DNA of 60,393 nt, filler included, from Sphacelaria rigidula (taxonomy: Eukaryota): NCBI GenBank assembly GCA_964200075.2. It is 5 parts of 5 records of this genome, joined end to end, with 100 filler letters (N's around TTAATTAATTAA, not from the genome) between each part and the next. Parts side by side here need not be neighbours in the genome. Positions count along the whole stretch, not along the records: positions 48,397 to 60,393 come from CAXNAA020004254.1; 4 more parts are not named here. One strand, given 5' to 3'. Under the pieces are notes generated by a model, which saw only the letters and a program-made list of their open reading frames with translations, did not search any database and was not told the DNA's origin. Made by a program: the position numbers and the translations under genes. Shown here piece after piece: positions 52,550 to 60,393 of the stretch (position 1 is the stretch's first letter; every line of letters starts with the position of its first letter).

Positions 52550-52994
52550 AACGGCCTATCAAAAGAAAATTGAGGATGGAGCTTTTCATTGAGGATGCAA
52601 ACCCGGTGGATTAAAATCTTCGTATCCACACCACATCATCGGAATATGATTTCATTGCTTCACCTACTGATAGCTATTGAGGACTACTACACGCCCTACA
52701 AATTTGGATTTCAATGACCGAAAGATTGGGGTCCTACGTGAAGACCAATTTTGTGGAATTTTGGCAATCCTCTCGGATCACCTCAATTCCCCAAAATTGT
52801 TTCTTCACCTAGAACTCCAGCATTCCGGTCATCGAAATCCAAATTCGTAGGGCGTGTAGTAGTCCTCAATAGCTATCAGTAGGTGAAGCAATGAAATCAT
52901 ATTCCGATGATGTGGTGTGGATACGAAGACTTGAACCCTCCGGGTTCTCATCCTCGATGGAAAGCTCCATCCTCAATTTCGATAATTAGCTGTT
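52550..52994. mobile_element. Fold-back palindromic element (~440-bp family), full length
   Basis: Whole-length inverted symmetry around ~52772; contains an exact 83-bp inverted repeat (52617-52699 / 52847-52929). Confidence 0.9.
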
Positions 52995-53441
52995 GAAAGG
53001 TGCTTCTCGGAGATTCAACCTTTCTATTGCGGTAGTTTCAAGAGTTATGTGTTTTTTCTCACCAATGACGGTCAATAACACTCTCCTGATAAACGAGGTC
53101 CAACTCCACAGCACCCCGACAGCACTAATTTGGGGATTTGTGTCCTGAGTGCGGCCTGTTGACTTTCACAGTATCTAGCAATCTCGGATGCTGAGGAGGG
53201 ATAATAAGCGAGAAGTTGAGAGAAAGCGCAAACACGCAGACAATCACAAAGTTCGCCTCGTTTGCTTGCAGACTACTACTGTATACGTGCAAGTGTAACG
53301 CCAATCTTGAGACTGCAAGTTCCCCGCAACGAACAAATAATCCATTCTCCGTGCACGATCGTTTGCCTTCGTGTTTATTCGCCTGTCGATCGATTGGGAA
53401 CAATCTGTTCGTATCACTTGATTCTTGCTCGCTGTCAACAG

Positions 53442-56400
53442 ATGTTGAAGTTGTGGACGGTTCGGGTTCGAGGCGGTAACGGCCGGGAGATATACGGCGA
53501 TGATTATGCTGACATCTGGGCCATCAACCGCCTGCACTTCAGGGCGGCGGGCGCGGCCGATTGTGACCACGTGAGCTGTCGACTACCTTCGCCCCTGTTG
53601 TACCGAAGGTTTCATTACCCCCAGCGTACATGCCTTCTGCTGATCATGTGACATGAAACGGTTGTGTCGGCGAGCTATGTCGAGAATTTTCGCGGGCTGG
53701 CTGGGGTTGGACAAAATTCTGCTGATGTTGTCATCCGGCCCTCATGATCCCCCGCAATTGCCGTCTCTACGCAGGGGTGTGACGAATGTGGCTTGGAGCT
53801 TCTCCGGAAGCTCTCCACGGCTTCTGCTTGCCATGCGTGTTGTTTAGTGATGCTCCTTTAATTCGTGTAGTCGAGCTCATCATGTTGTCAATTACAGATG
53901 TTGTTGTAGCTAAGTCGCAACGCTCCTGTATTGTAGGTGTTTTTTGTACCACGTGAACTCAATTCGAATACGCTACATGTGAAGGACGCTACATGCAGAG
54001 TATATATACCACATGCGGCGGGTGAATGCTGTCACCGTTGTTACCATGGCTACATCCGTAGCGGACCAGTTGGCGTGCTACATCAGGTCTCTTCGGACAA
54101 ATCGTGTACCTTAACGGTGCTCGATGTTTTCCGCGTGTGTTGGTTCCAAGGGTCGGACGAGTCATGGGTCGCCTTTCATTTATGTGCTTTTGAAATAATT
54201 GATGAGAACCGTACGAATCAATCCCTGGCCTTATTTTTTCAGAGTTTCACCCCAGGCACGCGCACTCGAGGTACGTGGAATAAACGGCCGATCATCGAAA
54301 TTGACGATGGAGCTTTTATTGAGGATGAAAACCCTGAGAATTAAAATCTTCGTATCGACACCAAATCTTCGGAACAGGGTTCCATTCCTTCACCTGCTGG
54401 AAATATTGACAACTACTACACGCCACGCAAACTCGGATTCTGATAATCGACGTGTTGGTGTTCTGGTTGAAGCAACAATTTAGGGGAATTCAGGTGTTCC
54501 GATCGGACCGCCGCAATTCCAGAAAATCGGTTTTTCACCTAGGACCCCAATATTTCGGTAATCGAAATCCAAATTTGCAGGGCGTGAAGCAGTCGTCAAT
54601 AGCTACCGATAGGTGAAGGGATGAAACCATATTTCGAAGATTCGGTGTGGATACAAATATTTCAGTTCTCCGGGTTCCCATCTTCCATGAAAAGCTCCAT
54701 CCTCAATTTCGATGATCGGCTGTTGATGGCGCGAAAGTCGCGTAGGGGAAGGTTTTGTGCCACGGCCACCGGTATTGTTGCTTTCGACTACTCAGGCCTT
54801 GGAAACCGTAGATATGGTGATTCCAACCAGCCCTGATTCGTGTGACCCTTCTTCGATTTCGTCTTTTGCCTGTGCCGGGGTTTCGCTTGCTGTGTGTCGT
54901 TTTTCCTACGGTGTGTTGGTTCCCGGCTGTTGTCATTGATGTGGACCTTGCTCTGCTGTGTTTCTCCATCATCAGTCACACTTCCGGGTGCTTCACCACC
55001 TACTTGTATGTCGTTCGTGCGCTTCGCCTCTTTTCCGTTTGTTCTCATTCTGCGCACTGTTACCGAGCATTTCACCGCTAAATTTATTCAGTGCTGCGAG
55101 GTCCCTCATGCCTCGTCGCCCTCTTGGTGACCGGATGACCCACCCGTTGGCGTGTACTCGACACTCAAGCAACCTCGACGGGTCTGCTTGTGCTGATACT
55201 CTCTTCTTCTTGTATCGCTTTTCGTGCTTCACCATCGTGACAGTTCCACGACGGCCTCGGATTCCTGACGAGTCACACTCTGCTCACCAACACGTTTGAG
55301 TATAGCTTGCAAAGGGTCAACCCCAAGCTGACGGTGCCGTACTGGGACTTCACCATCGAGAAATCCACGTTTGGTGGAGACGATGGTAGCACACCCGAGC
55401 ACCAGGCAACCTCTCCCTTGTTTAAACCCGACTGGTTCGGCAGCCAGGACACTGACGATCAGATGGTACGTTGCTGTGAAAATCGTTTGTTTGATATTTT
55501 GCCTCGCGCTCTCGTATCCCGGAGTCATTCTTGGAAGCTGAGTCGGCAAGCTTTCCGGAGTGTTCGATATAATTTGCACATGAACACACATGGAGAATAT
55601 ACTAGGTGTTGCGCGTGTCTCGTTTGTCGTACGTTTTCGTGAGAAGTGACAAGTAGCAGCGTCGATAGCGCTATAGTAGCAGCATGTGCCATCGCTTTGA
55701 GAAATTCCGGTGTTCACGGCACGAGGATGCTTGCAAGAAAATCGAAGGTCGTTCTCCCTCGACCCTCGACCGTGTGAAACAAAGTGCTGCTGTACGCTCG
55801 ATCAGTGTCTCGCGTTTCTTCAGTCTCGGGCAACTCGTGCTCATCGGCCATGTCCGCACACGCTGATTGGTGGTCATCGACCATGTGTTGCTCTTTGCTC
55901 GTTCTGTCGTTCTCCCACTCTCGTACTCGTGTACTCATGATCGTGCATGCCATAGTCACAGGACCACTATTATACTCGTGGAGGAAATCTTCATGTCGGT
56001 GTTACTGGTGGTATGGTGGTATGCCCTGCTGTGGTCTTGCGTGAGAACGACGGTTAGCAGTCAGATCGCATGCTGACACAACAACATCCAACGTGTTGCC
56101 TTGTGTGCCTGACGCCTAAATCAGGGACTTGTCACTGAAGGTTTTCTCCACCGACCCCTTCAACGATGAATTAAAACGTCGGAACACAACGGTTCGAGCT
56201 GCATTCTCGAGTGTTTTACGCGCTTAACGTAGGCTATTCTGAGCTTTTACGGACTTTGTTTTCTGTATCGCATTGTATGGCGTTTTTGGTGTCGCCAGTG
56301 CCTCGGCTGTGTTTCGTTCCAAGATACTAGTTGACCGTTGTGACGAAGTATTGAACAAAACGAATATCAGCCGGGACAAACACGTACAGCAAATGGAGCT

Positions 56401-58057
56401 ATCCCACGTACCCCCATGACACCGTGGGGACTGATGAAAGTCGAGGAAATATTCCCACTTACACAATTTCCAAAATCCACTTGATTGCCGCTGCTGAAGG
56501 TAGGAGCCAGGTAAGGCGTCTCGTCGTCCTGGATGATGACATATTGCGTAGGGTTCATCGTCAGTGTGCTCACATCTGGCGGCCGTGGATCCATGCATGA
56601 TCGATCTGCACCAGGTACGAAGTTGCCCATGTCTTCAGTGTGCTCCGCAACCCCCCTTGCAATTGGTCGTACCATCCGGCTTGGGTAGACATGGTAGCGC
56701 CCCCGCTCTTCACCCCATATGTTTCTCCCGTATGCAAATGGCACAGGTGAAGGACGGCAGGTGGGGGTACACAGAAATCCCGCGAGTGGAGGCCAACAAC
56801 CCTGGCAATCTCGAGGCCGACGTGTACAGCAAGCTTCGCGCGGCGTGGAACGTGAACGACCGAGCGTGAGTGATACCATGTTGGTACGACAGAGTCATTG
56901 CGATAGCGCAGGGTATGGTAGTGTTTGAGTAGTGGAAGTGTAGCTGATGTTCCGCTGCAGTTTTACCCCTTTGTTCACTCAAATGTGTCTCGTCTGTTGG
57001 ATCATGTCATACCCACGGAATGAATGAAGTGAGGCTGAGGAGTCGATCTGCGGGAAAGATGAACACATGGAGAACGTATCGGATTCGTTAGACGTGCCGA
57101 ACTTGCACAATCACTGTCGCAGGCCGGCGCACAACTATTGCCGATGTGATATCCATACTCGCTGATACATGACTCTCGTGGTCTCGTGCAGCACTCGTAA
57201 TATGCCCGTAGTGTGTTGGCGCCGTTTGTGTTTCGCCATGCGCCGCTGTGGAAGAATGTTTGCTACCGTCATCATTCGTACGTTGCGTACAGTACACAGC
57301 CGATATGGTATCCATCACCCACCCTTCATAATGAAAACCTCTGAAAGGAGGTGCCCTGGGCAGAGGGGAATGGATATCAACTCCTCTCTTATTTACTTCT
57401 TGATACCGTTGAGTCACGCAATATCAAAACCGTGCAAGCGGCACAAGCTGCGCCCAGAACGGGACATGTAAATCTGCATTATGCAGGTACACAAGTCAAG
57501 TGGGTGATGCGGGCAGCGTGCAGGGTGTATGGCCTTATATGCCGTACATCCAGTCATGGGACAACATGTTTCCGCCCCCCAACTCCAGTATAGCATCAAC
57601 GTGTGCTGAAGTGTGCCCGAATCAATCCAAGTACATGTACACTAGGGTTCAGGTCGGCAATATTCTAATACTTCCAAGGTCGGAGGTATCTCAATGATTT
57701 TCCGGACATATTCAAGGTCACCCCGTCCCTGTCACCTTTTTTTTGTGATTTTTTTCTTCAATCTGCTTGCCAATGATGAACCCCAAGCAAACGCCAACCG
57801 CTTCTGTTCCGAAGTCTGCCGACACAAGATGATTGACGAGTGCATGCCGCTTCTTAAAAAAATCTCACAGATATCTGAGCCGCGGCTTTGGCGACATGTG
57901 CGGAGCGAGAGTGCAATCCTACTACCCCTGGCCAACGTGCGAGATGCACTACAACCTCAACCAGCAGCACAATGACTTCTACTCCTACGTGTGGAAGAGC
58001 TTGTACGACCCCCACGGCCCTGTCCATGTGTGGCTCGGTGGGGTCATGGACTGTCAG
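53442..58057 (+). CDS. Tyrosinase-family (type-3 di-copper centre) protein, four internal exons, partial at both ends
   Basis: Exons 53442-53570, 55244-55465, 56747-56865, 57871-58057, all AG/GT and phase consistent. CuA-type RLHF...CDHFHDGLGFLTSH...FEYSLQRVNPKLTVPYWDFT and CuB-type DPHGPVHVWLGG. Confidence 0.88.
54283..54724. mobile_element. Fold-back palindromic element (~440-bp family), full length, intronic in the tyrosinase gene
   Basis: AACGGCCGATCATCGAAATTGA ... TCAATTTCGATGATCGGCTGTT; centre TCCGATCGGA. Confidence 0.9.
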
Positions 58058-60366
58058 GTGTGGAAACAAGACCCAGCGCGGTTTGATTCGGCGATGTTGC
58101 GTTGTTTCTCGGTTCACCGTGCGAACTTCGTCTCGGAATAGTGTTGTTGACCTGCTCGCAGTTGAGGGGTATCCGAGGGCCCCCAAGGGAGGTAATTGCA
58201 GAAGAGGTACAAGGGTGCCTTCAGGCTTTTACTTATTATGCTAGCACGGTTTTACAAAATAGCGACCCTACACTTTTTTTAACATGAACGGATTCTTCAG
58301 AAACCGTGCCAGCATAATAATAGAAAGCTTAGGCCACCGTGGCATGGTGCCTTGAAAATATACCCTGCCTGGGGCAGTCACGTGCCAGAAGCAGGCGAAA
58401 AGTAGGATGTTGGAAAGCAAACACTTCTTTATTATTTCATGTATCGAAGCTGGAGACCGAATAACGAAGAGCCAAAACACACGGGGAACCATTTGACGAA
58501 AAAGAGACTGAATTCCGGTCGCCTCCACGAAAACGTTCATGAAAAATTCCACACACGCCCCATTTGCGAAAATACATACGAGTGACGTTCATCCTATTTC
58601 CTGACACGTCAGTGTTCGATGACGTTCCATGGTGCCCGAAAAAATATCCGGTCAAACGTCACTGTTCATCATCACCCGATTGACCGCGTAATAGATGATG
58701 GCTTCAACAGTACCTCCATTTCGCCTATTGTACCCCATCCCTATCCGAGGTATACGTCTCTGACTCCGGGACATAACCCTTCGATGCAAATGGTGCGGGA
58801 AAATTCGATCAGAGGGAAGAGGTGTCTTGAGGTGGAGGGAAGGGGGAGGCCGTGCGGGTCCACAGTCGATTGGAGGAAGCCCCATCCTTGCTTTTTTTTC
58901 AGGGCAATGCTGTATATGGGGCTTGAATGCGAATGATTACGATCATTTCGGGGCTTTGGATTGGTTGCTTCGCCCATGTTTCCGTTTTGGTTAACTGTGT
59001 TCAACTACCTCATATTCTAGCCTCGTTCTGTCCAAAATGTAGCGACAACCCGACCCCAGAGGCACTGGAGAACAGGTGATGCTTGTTGTTTTTGTGCAAT
59101 CAAACGGCTTTGAGCAGGCGTGGAGACAGAGAGGTTGTACCCATTGGCGACAGTTGATACTGACAATTTTGTGAGACCGCGAATCTTCAAAGTCTGTGTT
59201 GGGGTGTTGTATCCAGCGTTATACGAGCTGGGCATTGCCGAGAAAACCTATGGCCGGTTGACAGTTGACGCGCAGTTTGTTGTTGGAGGAGTTGGGCGCT
59301 GAAAATGTTCACACGAGAGTTGTATCAACGCGCGGGCGAGATCTCTGAACAAAAGAGAAACACTAGAGAAGCCGAGTTTTCTTGTTTCCCCGACCATCAT
59401 CAAGAACTGATACTATCCTGACTTCAGGGAGAACACGAGAAACAGGGGGTTTACTTCAGTCACGAATTTTCGACTGTCAGCAAAAACTACATGGTGTCCT
59501 GACTTCATGACAAACACGAGAAATAGACATTATTTCAGTCATGGGTTTTCGACCTGTGCGCAGGAGACCCTTTTATAATTTGGGTTCATAACTCATGGAA
59601 TTCAGATGTGCGTAAAACCTTTTGTGTAAGGGCGTGTCTTCGCACTTCTTTTTTTTTCGATCGAAAAAGTGCGATCGAATTTATTTCTGGCTATCTGATA
59701 GGTCCACCACATTTATGTTCCTCGAAGGCTTCCACTCGAAATTATAATTAGCGGCGTGCGGAGGAGAATGCAACGAGTGAAAATACTTCTTTTCTTTTTC
59801 GATCGAAAACATGCAGTCCAAAGGCACGAAGCGGCACTCGACCTCTATCTTCCAGACCACAACGCCAAATAACACACGTTCACAGGATCATGCGAATCCA
59901 TCCAACTCATTCTCAGCCACCACCGCAACCCTGCAGCATAGAGCACGAGTTCAGCACAGGGATAGATACACAAAAGTAGTTGGGTAGTGTTTGGTTTATT
60001 TCTTGTTGGCGAAAACTTGCGCATCTTCTCTCANNNNNNNNNNTCTCTCATGGTAGTCATCAGGGATGGAACTGCATGCGGTACGGTGGGCAACCGAGTT
60101 GCGTGCACGCTCATGGACGATGCAGGCAGTACAAAGCTGCACGTTGCTGAGGTTATTTTCAAGTTGCATTGTAAGCAGAGAGAACTGATAGTCTTCGGCT
60201 GTCTGCACTGCTCATTGTCCGCTTCCTCGTGGACGAAGCACGCACACACGCACTCGAGATACCCTACTTGCAAGCAGTGCAAACAGTACCGATCATGTAC
60301 CGTTTCACGCTCTTCACTGTTTTTTTTTGGATCGGAAGCTTGAAAATCCATCCGGACCCAACTGCA

Positions 60367-60393
60367 AACAGCCGATCATCTATGTTGAGGATG
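60367..60393. repeat. Left end of another ~440-bp palindromic element, cut by the window edge
   Basis: AACAGCCGATCATC...TTGAGGATG matches the family terminus. Confidence 0.6.

Overview
Eukaryotic, intron-rich, repeat-rich genomic DNA, inferred to be a stramenopile and probably a brown alga (small exons, long introns, TTAGGG-like tracts, style of its retroelements). It is a scaffold with four 100-nt gaps containing the TTAATTAATTAA spacer. Most of the six-frame ORF track is noise, so genes were rebuilt by hand from splice sites and codon phase. Host genes: a 5'-partial TPR gene (- strand, 6 exons, 4044-8633); a 5'-partial coiled-coil gene whose 3.8-kb last exon carries twelve exact 53-aa repeats, Q34 and an RGG tail; the 5' end of an unknown - strand gene lying head-to-head with a complete 5-exon MND1; an isolated first exon of CHMP2/VPS2; and four internal exons of a tyrosinase-type di-copper protein. 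Retroelements: a decayed ~7-kb Ty3/Gypsy element whose integrase ends in a chromodomain plus a second Tudor/PWWP-like module, and Gypsy, Copia and LINE relics. There are also many non-autonomous elements (a ~440-bp whole-length palindrome family with six copies, piggyBac-like, P-like, CACTA-ended and telomere-repeat-carrying MITEs, tRNA-derived heads). No prokaryote-type system (CRISPR, operon) was found. The best novelty candidates are the dual-reader integrase tail, the palindrome copy with an apparently homogenised 83-bp tract, and the repeat-rod/polyQ/RGG protein.
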